Below, piece by piece: positions 31,959-42,070 of a DNA stretch of 64,000 nt. Made by a program: the position numbers and the translations under genes. The stretch covers positions 64,001 through 128,000 of the forward strand of contig JBHJHA010000035.1 in the NCBI GenBank assembly GCA_050331235.1, read 5' to 3'. The notes beneath the pieces were generated by a model, which was not told the DNA's origin, did no database searches, and saw nothing but the letters and a program-made list of their open reading frames with translations. The first letter of the stretch is position 1; each line of letters begins with the position of its first letter. The stretch comes from Leptolyngbyaceae cyanobacterium. GTDB taxonomy: Bacteria > Cyanobacteriota > Cyanobacteriia > Phormidesmidales > Phormidesmidaceae.

Positions 31959-32897
31959 TCAATAGTCGGCCAGAGATCGCCAACCGCGATCGCGATACCG
32001 GGCTTCCGCTCGGTCAGGATGTAAAATCTCTGCCAAAATTTCTAAGGAATCCACTAGCCTCGGCCCCGGTCGGTTGAAATATTGGTTGCCATCGACTACG
32101 TAGACCTGTCCCTGCTGTACCGCTTGTAGTTGTGGCCAGGCCGGGTGCTCACGCAGGGGATGGCTTTCGCGGACAGTGGTCGCTAAGTCGTAGCCACACG
32201 GCATCAAGATTACGACCTCTGGATTAGCCTCGACCAAATCTGCCCATTGAATCCACGGCGAATGTTGTCCCACCTGGGCGAGTAGAGGCTTTCCCCCGGC
32301 GAGCTCAACCAGTTCTGGCACCCAGTTGCCGGCCGTCATCAAGGGCTCTGGCCATTCGATGCAAACGACCGTGGGCCGATGGGGAACGGTGGCCACCCGC
32401 TGCTGACACTGCGCCACACGGGACTGGAGCGGGTGAATAGCGGTATCTGCCTGGTGGGTTCCCGCTTCGCCCAGTAAGGCGATCGCCACTCGGCGCAGGT
32501 CATCCCAGATATCCGCCAGGTGGTGGGGCTGTAGCGATATGACTTGGGGCCGAGCCTGGATCAAGCTGGCCATGGCGGTTTCGACATCAGCCAAGCTGAC
32601 GGCGCAAACCTCACACTGGGCCTGAGTCAAGATATGGGTCGGTTGTAGGGTGGCTAAAACGTCAGTGTTGATTTGATACACACTCAGCGCGGATTGTAGC
32701 AGTTCCGTCACGCGATCATGAATCACCCGGCTGCTGCCTTCAGGGGTGAATTTGGGAGCCGTGCAGACAGGCAACCGGGCGACGGTAGCAGGGTAGTCGC
32801 ATTCATGGCTGCGGCCCACTAAATAGGAGCCCAGGCCGAGTCCATGGACGATTTCAGTGGCGCTGGGCAAGAGTGAAACCATCCGTAATGGCTGCAT
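31959..32897 (-). CDS. BtuF-like cobalamin/Fe-siderophore binding family protein
   Basis: VSLLPSATEIV, VGRSHECDYP, TQAQCEVCAV, YFNRPGPRLVDSLE. Confidence 0.88.
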   Translation of the reverse strand: MQPLRMVSLLPSATEIVHGLGLGSYLVGRSHECDYPATVARLPVCTAPKFTPEGSSRVIHDRVTELLQSALSVYQINTDVLATLQPTHILTQAQCEVCAVSLADVETAMASLIQARPQVISLQPHHLADIWDDLRRVAIALLGEAGTHQADTAIHPLQSRVAQCQQRVATVPHRPTVVCIEWPEPLMTAGNWVPELVELAGGKPLLAQVGQHSPWIQWADLVEANPEVVILMPCGYDLATTVRESHPLREHPAWPQLQAVQQGQVYVVDGNQYFNRPGPRLVDSLEILAEILHPDRAEARYRDRGWRSLADY

Positions 32898-32990
32898 ATC
32901 AGTGCCTCAACTGAGTAGGATTACCGCCACGACAAAATCCCACGGTGGGTGAGAAGGACGCCAGAGGGTGTCCCGAGAACGGCAAGATCA

Positions 32991-33860
32991 TCAAAGATTC
33001 CATGGGAGCGATTCCTGACGGTCGTTGAGAGATGGGCTGTCGGCAATCGCCGGCGATCGCTGGGTTTCTAATCCTAAAAAGTCGAACAGGGTGCGATCGG
33101 CAAGCTGACTCGGAGAGACCTGCTGCAAACTGCGAAAGATCGACTCCACGCGGACGGGAGTAGCCCGCTCCCACTGGGCTAACATCTCTTTAATCTGCAC
33201 GCGCTGGAGGTGGTCCTGGGAACCGCAGAGATTACAGGGAATGATGGGAAACTGTCGCTGTCGGGCATAACGGGCAATGTCCTTTTCCGGGCAATAGGCT
33301 AATGGCCGAATGACAAGGTGGCGGCGATCGTCGGTCAGTAGCTTCGGTGGCATGGCTTTGAGGCGACCACCATGAAATAAGTTGAGGAAAAAGGTTTCTA
33401 AGATGTCATCCCGATGGTGACCCAGGGCTATTTTAGTGACGCCCTCCTCGGCGGCGAGGCGATAGAGCGCTCCCCGGCGGAGACGGGAGCACAAACTACA
33501 CATGGTTTTGCCTTCAGGAATGACGCGCTTCACTACGCTGTAGGTGTCTTGCTCGATGATGCGAAACGGCACCCCCAACTGGCGGAGATAGGTCGGCAAC
33601 ACCTCAGTGGGAAAATCTGGCTGCTTTTGATCTAGGTTGACGGCGAGCAACTCAAACTCGACTGGGGCATTGCGCTGCAGACTCATCAACAGATCTAACA
33701 GGGTGTAAGAGTCTTTGCCCCCTGATAAACACACCATGACCTTATCTCCCTCTTCGATCATGCCATAGTCGTGGATGGCCTTACCCACTTGCGATCGCAG
33801 CCAAGCCTGCAACTTTTTGAAAGTTTTTGAGGTCGGGGTAGAAACTGGTGCAGCCGTCAT
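32991..33860 (-). CDS. ttcA: tRNA 2-thiocytidine(32) synthetase
   Basis: PP-loop [33 protein letters not shown]. Confidence 0.93.
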   Translation of the reverse strand: MTAAPVSTPTSKTFKKLQAWLRSQVGKAIHDYGMIEEGDKVMVCLSGGKDSYTLLDLLMSLQRNAPVEFELLAVNLDQKQPDFPTEVLPTYLRQLGVPFRIIEQDTYSVVKRVIPEGKTMCSLCSRLRRGALYRLAAEEGVTKIALGHHRDDILETFFLNLFHGGRLKAMPPKLLTDDRRHLVIRPLAYCPEKDIARYARQRQFPIIPCNLCGSQDHLQRVQIKEMLAQWERATPVRVESIFRSLQQVSPSQLADRTLFDFLGLETQRSPAIADSPSLNDRQESLPWNL

Positions 33861-34039
33861 TGCGGATCTCACATCAAATCGACAGTTAGTGTCAAGTCAG
33901 CTTCTATTCTATATAGTGAACTAGCGGTACTCAAGTTGAGGCAGTCAGGCTTACGCTCTCTAAGCGCCCGGGCAGAGGAGGTTTTCTCCTGAACTAAGTC
34001 GCAGTGATACTCTAGTAAAGCCGTTTCGTCTTTTCCGTA

Positions 34040-34669
34040 ATGCTGACCTCTTTGACAACTTTAGCTGCTGCGGAAACCGCTGACATGTGGTCATTGGAGA
34101 AATTTGTCTGGACTGATTATCGACTCGCGGTGGTGTTCACGGTGGTCTTGCCGTTGGTCTTGCTGATTTGGGCTTTTGTACAAAAGGCGGAAAACATTCA
34201 ACGCTTGTTGACCATCTACTGGCGCGTCGCGAGCCTGTTGATGATTACGGTGTACTTGATGATTGGTGGCCTGACCTTCAGTTTTATTGCAGGGCTGATG
34301 GCGCGGGTGTTGATTCCCCTGAGTCTGTGGTTTTGGGAAGATCTGAACGAAGAAATTCGCGAACAGCCTAATTCAGTTCTCCGATTTGTCTTTGTGGCCT
34401 GGCGCTGGGCCGTGAGCATCTACAGTCTTGCTGGAGCCATTTTTTTAGCCTTTTTCCTACCCTGCGCCTTTTCGAGCACTCGCTTTGCCGGCGAGGTCTG
34501 TCAGGTATGGCTACAGCCACCGCTGCTGTATAAAGAGATTTTGCACGGCGGCTATACCAATGGCTTCCTTGCTTTCTTTGGTGTGGTGGGGTTGATCATT
34601 TACCTGCTAGCGCTCGGCTATTTCGTCTTTGTGCGCCTCGGTCGGCAGGGCCGCTCCGCGATGAGTTGA
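34040..34669 (+). CDS. DUF3177-like membrane protein
   Basis: VWTDYRLAV, IYWRVASLL, SLWFWEDLNEE, RLGRQGRSA. Confidence 0.85.
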   Translation: MLTSLTTLAAAETADMWSLEKFVWTDYRLAVVFTVVLPLVLLIWAFVQKAENIQRLLTIYWRVASLLMITVYLMIGGLTFSFIAGLMARVLIPLSLWFWEDLNEEIREQPNSVLRFVFVAWRWAVSIYSLAGAIFLAFFLPCAFSSTRFAGEVCQVWLQPPLLYKEILHGGYTNGFLAFFGVVGLIIYLLALGYFVFVRLGRQGRSAMS

Positions 34670-34684
34670 TAGGACTTGGCTCCC

Positions 34685-34984
34685 ATGACGATCCCGCCCA
34701 TTCAACGGTTAGAGCAGTACGCGTTGCGGTTCCCTCAAGAAGTGCTGATGGTCAACGCTGAGGTGGCTGGCGAAGAGGATTGCGTGGTGATCTTTCGAGG
34801 CTTCTCCAGTTCTCTGATGCGGCCAACTGCGGCCGACCCCGAAGTGCCTGTGTTGCCAACGGACGCTGTGATTCATTCTATCGATCGCTTACAGGGTCCC
34901 TACAATCCCGATCATCCCCAATATCTCGAGCAGGACATTGCTTGGTCGGCTTTTTGCAATCGCCTCTCAGCCTTGGGCATCTGA
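34685..34984 (+). CDS. Conserved cyanobacterial/plastid hypothetical protein
   Basis: IFRGFSSSL...PTAADP...IDRLQGPYNP motif. Confidence 0.8.
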   Translation: MTIPPIQRLEQYALRFPQEVLMVNAEVAGEEDCVVIFRGFSSSLMRPTAADPEVPVLPTDAVIHSIDRLQGPYNPDHPQYLEQDIAWSAFCNRLSALGI

Positions 34985-35404
34985 GTTCAGATTGGGGCGA
35001 TCATGCCCTGATTTAGCCTTTTGGGAGTTTGGGTACCGGTAACGGAGCCACACCCAGCCGACCAGGCAACCGATGGCGTAGTACAAAAAGTCGCCCCAGA
35101 CAAAGGTGTTGCCCAAGACTAAACGACCCGGTAGCGTTCCTCTCACTGCCTATAACCAAGGCGGTTGCCAAAGCTGCAAAAACTCAATGAGGCTAGTGGC
35201 AACAAAAACCGCGATCGCGATGCTGGTGGGAGGCAGCCGAGGCCAAATGACGGCCACCAGTAACATCCAGAAAATTTCATAGGGAATGCCGCCAAATGCA
35301 TCATTGAGCCAGCTCTGGCCCACACCTCGATAAAACTTGGTTGCGAGTCCCAAGGGAATAACGAAGGCGATGCTCAACCAGAGATGGCGCTGATACTTTG
35401 ACAT
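34967..35404 (-). pseudogene. DUF2809-like membrane protein interrupted by an in-frame TAG (35150-35152)
   Basis: IEFLQLWQPPWL*AVRGTLPGRLVLGNTFVWGDFLYYAIG continues in frame past the stop. Confidence 0.75.
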
Positions 35405-35645
35405 TTTCCAAGCCGCTGAGAGTGGCGATGAATGGCTGCATTCTTGGGATGCCCAAATTTGTAAACAAGTCACGCTACAGGACTTGTTACTGGCCATAAC
35501 CGACCGAAGCAGACGTTAGGGCGGCTGGGGCGATCGCAAGCCCCGGGCGAAAGTTTCTCCCAACTGTTGTGTCTGCTCCGAAATGGCACCATCTATGGCA
35601 CTCTGAAGGTGGACGTACTTAGCACACCTTATCCATTTCAGGGCC

Positions 35646-36866
35646 ATGCAAACCCTTCCTTCTCCGGTTACTCCTGCACCCACCGATGCGGCGTTTGATA
35701 CCACCATTCACCGTCGCCCAACCCGCCCCGTTCAGGTGGGCAATGTGACTATCGGTGGCGGCGCACCTGTGGTCGTGCAGTCCATGATTAATGAAGACAC
35801 CCTCGATATTGAAGGGTCCGTTGCCGCTATCCGGCGATTACATGAAATAGGCTGCGAAATTGTACGCGTCACCGTGCCTAGCATGGCCCATGCGAAAGCC
35901 CTCGCGACCATTCGCGAGCAGCTAGAAACCACCTACCAGCCGGTGCCTCTGGTGGCAGATGTGCATCACAACGGCATGAAAATCGCCCTGGAAGTAGCGA
36001 AGCATGTCGATAAGGTGCGAATCAATCCCGGCCTATACGTTTTTGAGAAGCCCCAGACGGGCCGGACAGAATATTCCCCTTCCGAATTCAAAGAAATCGG
36101 CGACAAAATTCGCGAAACCCTAGAGCCTCTAGTGGTTTCGCTTCGGGATCAGGGTAAGGCGATGCGCATCGGGGTCAACCATGGTTCCTTAGCTGAGCGC
36201 ATGTTGTTTACCTACGGCGATACGCCCGAAGGCATGGTGGAGTCTGCCCTGGAATTCATCCACATCTGTGAGTCGCTGGATTTTCGTAACATCGTACTTT
36301 CCCTCAAGGCTTCCCGGGTGCCGGTCATGCTGGCGGCCTATCGACTGATGGTCAAGCGCATGAACGAATTGGGCATGGATTATCCTCTCCATTTGGGAGT
36401 GACGGAGGCGGGTGATGGTGAATATGGCCGTATCAAGTCGACTGCGGGCATTGGCACCCTCCTGGCCGAAGGCCTTGGCGATACGATTCGGGTGTCGCTG
36501 ACCGAAGCCCCAGAAAAAGAAATTCCCGTGTGTTACAGCATTTTGCAGGCTCTAGGGCTCCGCAAAACTATGGTGGAATATGTTGCGTGTCCCTCCTGTG
36601 GCCGCACTTTGTTTAACCTGGAAGATGTGCTGCACGAGGTGCGAGAGGCTACTAACCACCTGACCGGCCTAGATATTGCTGTGATGGGGTGCATTGTCAA
36701 CGGTCCGGGCGAAATGGCCGATGCTGACTATGGTTACGTAGGTAAAACGCCGGGTTACATTTCCCTCTATCGGGGGCGCGAGGAAATTAAAAAAGTTCCT
36801 GAAGATCAAGGAGTGGCCGAGCTGATTAACTTAATCAAGGCGGATGGCCGCTGGGTTGATCCTTAG
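35646..36866 (+). CDS. ispG: (E)-4-hydroxy-3-methylbut-2-enyl-diphosphate synthase
   Basis: [44 protein letters not shown]. Confidence 0.98.
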   Translation: MQTLPSPVTPAPTDAAFDTTIHRRPTRPVQVGNVTIGGGAPVVVQSMINEDTLDIEGSVAAIRRLHEIGCEIVRVTVPSMAHAKALATIREQLETTYQPVPLVADVHHNGMKIALEVAKHVDKVRINPGLYVFEKPQTGRTEYSPSEFKEIGDKIRETLEPLVVSLRDQGKAMRIGVNHGSLAERMLFTYGDTPEGMVESALEFIHICESLDFRNIVLSLKASRVPVMLAAYRLMVKRMNELGMDYPLHLGVTEAGDGEYGRIKSTAGIGTLLAEGLGDTIRVSLTEAPEKEIPVCYSILQALGLRKTMVEYVACPSCGRTLFNLEDVLHEVREATNHLTGLDIAVMGCIVNGPGEMADADYGYVGKTPGYISLYRGREEIKKVPEDQGVAELINLIKADGRWVDP

Positions 36867-37075
36867 GAACTAGGTGGCTGAGTGAAGGGGGCCTTCCCTG
36901 GGTCAATTGGTCGATGGATGTGCCAATTGTCGTTCGTGTTAATTTCTGCCCCCATTGCTCAGGAAACCTTCAGATTCACTGGCTATGATGGGGCAAAGCA
37001 AGCGATGGGGGCAGGTCCATCATCGCGGTGATGCTTGTGTTAGATTGAGCCTAATTGCCGACGGAAATAGAGTTT

Positions 37076-38362
37076 ATGGCGATCGCAAAGCGAGGATTGG
37101 TCCTAGGAGCAACGGCCGTGGCTGTTGCCGGTGTCATTGTGACCGGTGCTGGTCTGCATTTGTCCCAAGGTAAAGCCTTTTTTGAAGAAAGTCCTAAAGA
37201 GGTGATTGATGAGGTGTGGCAACTCATCGATAACACCTATGTTGATGCCACCTTTAATCAGAATGATTGGGAAGCCATTCGTACTGAGTATCTAAGCCGA
37301 GAATATAGCTCGCAAGAGGCGGCCTACGAAGCGGTGCGTGAGATGCTCGAACTGCTTGAAGATCCTTATACGCGTTTTATGGATCCTCAAGAGTTTCGCA
37401 ATATGCAAATTGATACCTCCGGTGAACTAACTGGGGTAGGTATTCAGATTTCCCAGGAAGAGGAAACCGACGAGATTGTTGTTGTTGCTCCTATCGAAGA
37501 TACGCCAGCTTTTGAAGCTGGACTCCGCTCTAAAGATGTCATCGTCGAAATTGATGGTGAAAGTACGGAAGGCTTAGAGCTGAATGATGCGGTCAGCCGC
37601 ATTCGTGGTCCGGTGGGCTCCGAGGTGACCTTGACTGTTCGCCGTGATGACGAACTGATTGATTTCAGTCTGACGCGGGCCCGGATCGAAATTCACCCGG
37701 TGCGTTACTCCGTCAACGCTGAGCCAGAAGGCGATATTGGCTACATTCGCCTGACCCAGTTCAGCAGTAATGCGGCGGGCGAGATGAAGGAAGCGATCGA
37801 GGATCTCGAATCACAGAATGTTGTTGGTTATATCCTAGACCTGCGTTCTAATCCGGGTGGTTTGCTCTATTCCAGTATTGAAATTGCCCGCATGTGGCTA
37901 GACGAAGGTGGAATCGTTTCTACGGTTAATCGCCAAGGCGTTGTAGATGAAGAAGCCGCGAACAATCGAGCTTTGACGGATAAACCCTTAGTAGTGCTAG
38001 TTGACGGTGGCTCTGCAAGCGCTAGCGAGATTCTTTCTGGTGCGCTGCAGGACAATGACCGGGCGCAGCTAGTGGGTACACAAACCTTTGGTAAGGGACT
38101 GGTACAGTCTGTGCGCAGTTTACCAGACGGGTCTGGGGTGGCAATTACGATCGCCAAGTATCTGACTCCCAGTGGTCGAGATATCAACCAAATGGGCATC
38201 GAGCCTGATATTGCCGTCGAGCTCTCCGAAGAAGAGCAGGAAGAGCTGGCGAACAATCGCGAGCGCATCGGCACCCTTGACGATCCACAGTATCGTCGCG
38301 CCCAAGAACTGCTGATTCAGACCGTGCAGGCTGAACAAAATACCGCCGTTGACCTGCAGTAG
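37076..38362 (+). CDS. Carboxyl-terminal processing protease (S41A, probably the CtpC-type paralogue)
   Basis: DPYTRF, PDZ domain, DLRSNPGG, SASASEI, TFGKG; paralogue identity inferred only from the N-terminus. Confidence 0.93.
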   Translation: MAIAKRGLVLGATAVAVAGVIVTGAGLHLSQGKAFFEESPKEVIDEVWQLIDNTYVDATFNQNDWEAIRTEYLSREYSSQEAAYEAVREMLELLEDPYTRFMDPQEFRNMQIDTSGELTGVGIQISQEEETDEIVVVAPIEDTPAFEAGLRSKDVIVEIDGESTEGLELNDAVSRIRGPVGSEVTLTVRRDDELIDFSLTRARIEIHPVRYSVNAEPEGDIGYIRLTQFSSNAAGEMKEAIEDLESQNVVGYILDLRSNPGGLLYSSIEIARMWLDEGGIVSTVNRQGVVDEEAANNRALTDKPLVVLVDGGSASASEILSGALQDNDRAQLVGTQTFGKGLVQSVRSLPDGSGVAITIAKYLTPSGRDINQMGIEPDIAVELSEEEQEELANNRERIGTLDDPQYRRAQELLIQTVQAEQNTAVDLQ

Positions 38363-38780
38363 TCTGGATGAAGGCTGCAGGCCGCTCAGAGGGGCCGCAA
38401 GATGCTCAGTTAGGTTGACACTTGCCCGCTCGGATCAACCCCACCCGCTTGGCGATCGCCTCGCCTTCGGTTCGGTAGGGACCCCATTGCTCTGTGGTTT
38501 CCATCGTTTCAAGCTCGACTGTGGTAACAATTTGACAGGTTTCAGCTGCCCCTCTGACCACATACCAAGTCGCAGTTTCATTCATAAATTGTCGCTACTT
38601 CTTAAAGCTGCCGCCATCTTACCGCTGGAGCTCACCATCGGGACCTCGGTTTTGAAGTTTGTTAGCAGAGGCATCGATTACGCTGAGCCATGATAGGTGT
38701 GGCCGGCCTAAATCCTTGGTGGTCATTCTCACCTGGGTCTAGTAAGTAGGTTGCCGCTCAATTCACATCGTGAAGGTTGG

Positions 38781-39347
38781 TCAATAGCAGTAGCGATCGC
38801 CCTTAGGGGCCAAGTGCTCTTCCCCTTTGCGAGTGGCACCAAGCAGCGTGGAAATGACAACACACTTGTTTTTGGCTGCTCCGTTCTTACTTGTGAAGGT
38901 GACCGTGCTCAGGCGATAGCGCACTTCCCCCTGAAAGCCAAACCGGACATAGTAGGTACCATTGCTTTGGGCCATCGTGGTATCGGCTGCGTCCAGCACG
39001 ACATTGGTATCGAGGCTTTCCCAAGCCGCAACGTCCTGCCAGTTCAAATCATTCGGATGGATTGCCCACTCGAGATGATCATCGACTTCCCGGAGGCTAA
39101 ACCGCCAGGAAGCTTGATGACTCGTAGCGGCAGTTTGGGCTTGAAGAATACCTAATCGCACCTCATCACGGGCCGCAGTAACTTGACGATTGAGCATAAA
39201 AGTTAGCCACGACGGAATCGCGATCGCGGCCAAAATGCCCACCATGACCACAACGCCCAGCGCCTCAACGAGTGTAAACCCCTGCGCTTGGGGTGGCGAG
39301 ACTCTACTAGGCCAAAGCGAGCGATCGCGCGACGGATATAGAGGCAT
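38781..39347 (-). CDS. FimT/GspH-like minor pilin or pseudopilin
   Basis: QG|FTLVEALGVVVMVGILAAIAIPSW; C-terminal KCVVISTLLG...CY. Confidence 0.88.
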   Translation of the reverse strand: MPLYPSRDRSLWPSRVSPPQAQGFTLVEALGVVVMVGILAAIAIPSWLTFMLNRQVTAARDEVRLGILQAQTAATSHQASWRFSLREVDDHLEWAIHPNDLNWQDVAAWESLDTNVVLDAADTTMAQSNGTYYVRFGFQGEVRYRLSTVTFTSKNGAAKNKCVVISTLLGATRKGEEHLAPKGDRYCY

Positions 39348-39548
39348 ATTGATTACCCTGATGACTCAGCCAGCATGACTCGAATCCAGGGGGGGATGCG
39401 TTAGGGAATTTTCGGTTTTTGAGTTTGCCGGAAACCTCTGCTGAACCGACATTCTGTGGATTTACGTAGTCGGTCAAGTGCCGTTTTGGGACGTCCGTTA
39501 GCGCGGGGTGCTAGGGATTAACCAAATGCTCATGCCTCGTCTGATGGA

Positions 39549-39665
39549 TTAGATTGTTTCTGCAAATCGCGACTACACGTAGATTCTTCAAAGCCCCTTT
39601 TTCAAGGGGGCAGCGACAGCGGGGGATCTTCAAATCTGTCGCGCTATTACAGAGAATTGGTATTA
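39549..39665 (+). mobile_element. MITE-like dispersed repeat, copy 3
   Basis: Aligns with the other three copies; terminal TTA (39663-39665) is also the amidase stop codon. Confidence 0.8.
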
Positions 39666-41075
39666 ACGCTGCTCTTGCGGGTGGCCCTGACTTAGATGAG
39701 GAAAGGGCGCAATCAGCCTGTGAGCTTCTAGCCACTGAGCGACTTGTAAAATCTTGGCTTCCTGGTAGGGTGCCGCAATGATCTGTACCCCTGTGGGCAA
39801 GGTGCCCGCCTGAATGACCGGGACTGATAGGGCAGGCAGCCCGATGAACGACAGCGGTTGAGTATAAAGCCCTAGATGAGGTCGCACGAGCACCGATTGG
39901 CCGTCAATAGTCATGGTCGATTGGCGGAGAAAGGGGGCTATACAGGGGACCGTCGGCGCAATCAAAACGTCATAGGTCTGCAGGATCTTGCGAGCTTCTG
40001 TCTGAAACCAGCGCCGTACTCGCTGTGCTTTAATGTACCAATTTTGGGGGATGAGGGCACCGGCGACAAAGCGATCGCGGGTGGCCGGGTCAAAATCCTG
40101 GAGTCGCGTCTGCAGGTCGGGTAAGTGCAACTCACTGCCTTCTGCTGCCGTGATGAGATAAGCCGCTGCGCGAGCTATGTCCGCTCGGGGTAGAGTGACT
40201 TGGTGGGTGATGCCCAGGGCAGAGACAATTTGAGCCACAGAGGCGGCAACCTCTGACTGCATTCCCTGGGTGAAATCATTATCTAGCAGGGCAATATTCA
40301 GGGGCTCAATTCCAGCGGTGAGGGAGTTAGCAGTCGCCGTGGCGGGGCGATGGGTGCACACTGGATCACGGGGGTCTGCGCCCTGCATCACGTCAAAACT
40401 GATGGCGATATCCCGCACTGAGCGGGCCATGGGACCGATGTGGTCGAGGCTGGTAGAAAAGAGGGCCGTACCTGCTCGAGACAACCGACCATACGTGGGT
40501 TTGAGTCCGTAGATGCCACACAATGCTGCCGGCACCCGAATTGAACCATTGGTATCGGAGCCGAGGGTGAGGGGCACTAAACGCGCTGCGATCGCGGCGG
40601 CAGCCCCCCCCGATGATCCCCCAGCGACTCGCTGCGGAGCATGGGGATTTGGTGTGGCCCCATAGTGGTGATTGACGGTGACAAACCCGTAAGCGTACTC
40701 ATCCATATTGAGCGCACCGACTAAGATCGCGCCGGCTTGCTCTAATCGAGCGATCGCGGTGGCATCCTGTTGAGCGGGTGGGCGATCGCGGTTGATTTTG
40801 GAGCCAGCTAGCGTCGTGTGCCCAGCAATGTCGAATAAACTTTTGACTCCAAAGGGCACGCCTGCGAGGGGTCCCATGGGACGCCCTTGGCGCTTGGCTT
40901 GATCGATCTCCAGGGCCCGCTGTTGTGCCCGCTCGGCCACCATCAGGGTAAAGCAGTTGAGCGTACGATTACGCTGGTCAATATCCTGCAAGGCCTGTTC
41001 CACAACGGCCTGAGCTGTAGTGCTGCCCTCTTGGATGGCATGGGCAATGGCAGTGGCATCGGCAAAAGCAGTCAT
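39663..41075 (-). CDS. AtzE-family amidase (amidase signature family)
   Basis: PFGVKSLFD, LNMDEYAYGF, GGSSGG, GSDTNGSIRVPA, FDPATRDRF. Confidence 0.9.
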   Translation of the reverse strand: MTAFADATAIAHAIQEGSTTAQAVVEQALQDIDQRNRTLNCFTLMVAERAQQRALEIDQAKRQGRPMGPLAGVPFGVKSLFDIAGHTTLAGSKINRDRPPAQQDATAIARLEQAGAILVGALNMDEYAYGFVTVNHHYGATPNPHAPQRVAGGSSGGAAAAIAARLVPLTLGSDTNGSIRVPAALCGIYGLKPTYGRLSRAGTALFSTSLDHIGPMARSVRDIAISFDVMQGADPRDPVCTHRPATATANSLTAGIEPLNIALLDNDFTQGMQSEVAASVAQIVSALGITHQVTLPRADIARAAAYLITAAEGSELHLPDLQTRLQDFDPATRDRFVAGALIPQNWYIKAQRVRRWFQTEARKILQTYDVLIAPTVPCIAPFLRQSTMTIDGQSVLVRPHLGLYTQPLSFIGLPALSVPVIQAGTLPTGVQIIAAPYQEAKILQVAQWLEAHRLIAPFPHLSQGHPQEQR

Positions 41076-41247
41076 AGTTCAGAGGCAAACTCAGCAATGG
41101 CGACCAATGGTGCAAGGCTCAAATTCGGCAGGCACTGGAAACTGGCAAATCTTTACATAGCGCCTTAGCTAGTTCCAGATAGAGGAGATAAACGACGTTC
41201 AGCTCCATCCAGGTAAACAGAACCCTTTCAAATTTGTGAGTTGATGC

Positions 41248-41454
41248 TTACGGATAAAAGGTTGGGGCGCTCTCGATCTCGTCGGCAAGCTCAAAATCTA
41301 GGACAGACTGAGCGATCGCCACTACCCGTTCAAATTCTTGGGTGACGCCAGCGAAAGTTGAGGGCGGCAATGGGATTTCTAGTAGGTCTCTCATTTGCCT
41401 GACATAGATTTGCGGGTCAAATTCTCGACGAGCAGCCGATGAAGCAAGGTCCAT
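41248..41454 (-). CDS. AtzG-like/DUF4089 small partner protein
   Basis: 68 aa upstream of the amidase on the same strand, ending E-S-A-P-T-F-Y-P. Confidence 0.75.
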   Translation of the reverse strand: MDLASSAARREFDPQIYVRQMRDLLEIPLPPSTFAGVTQEFERVVAIAQSVLDFELADEIESAPTFYP

Positions 41455-42070
41455 TTAACACCTCAACTGACAGGGGTGTCTCCACTATTCATCAATCCGT
41501 CAACAGCTGACTATAAGATTTAATAGTTCTCCAATTTTTGCCCGATCTAATTTTTGCTCGTGATGAGTGGTAGAGGAAAAATTTCACCTGCCAGAAGCCA
41601 GATAAATCCAAGCATCGGGATCGCGATGTTCGTCGCCAGGCCAAATCTGAACGAAAAATAAAGCTGGTCACCGGCTCCAGTAAACAGCTCCATGGGCCAG
41701 AAATTTGCCGGCGATTTCTACATTGAATATTAAGAATTCGAAGGTCTAACTCTGAAATGGGTCCCTGTATGCCGGTCACTAGGGACTGGTTTTTCCTGCT
41801 ATCGCCCGATCCAAAATGCTAGACCGTACAGTCAAAGCCGCTGGTAGTGTGAATAACTCCATGGCAGGGGGCCGCCTCGTTTGGAGATGAAAATCAGCAA
41901 CATAGAGGATCAATGCAGTTTATGTGGGCGATTGGTTTAATGCCTCATAGTTCAGTATTCTAGATAATAGGTGTTTAAATTCAGAGACTGAAAAATCTCA
42001 AAGAGAGGTGCTTTTTCGCTCCAATGCGAGTGAAGAGACCAGTAGCTGCTTGACTTCATAGGGACTCGCA

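Noticed and set aside
41455..42070. Riboswitch (c-di-AMP or glycine) upstream of proV
   Set aside because: Consensus elements not found by eye
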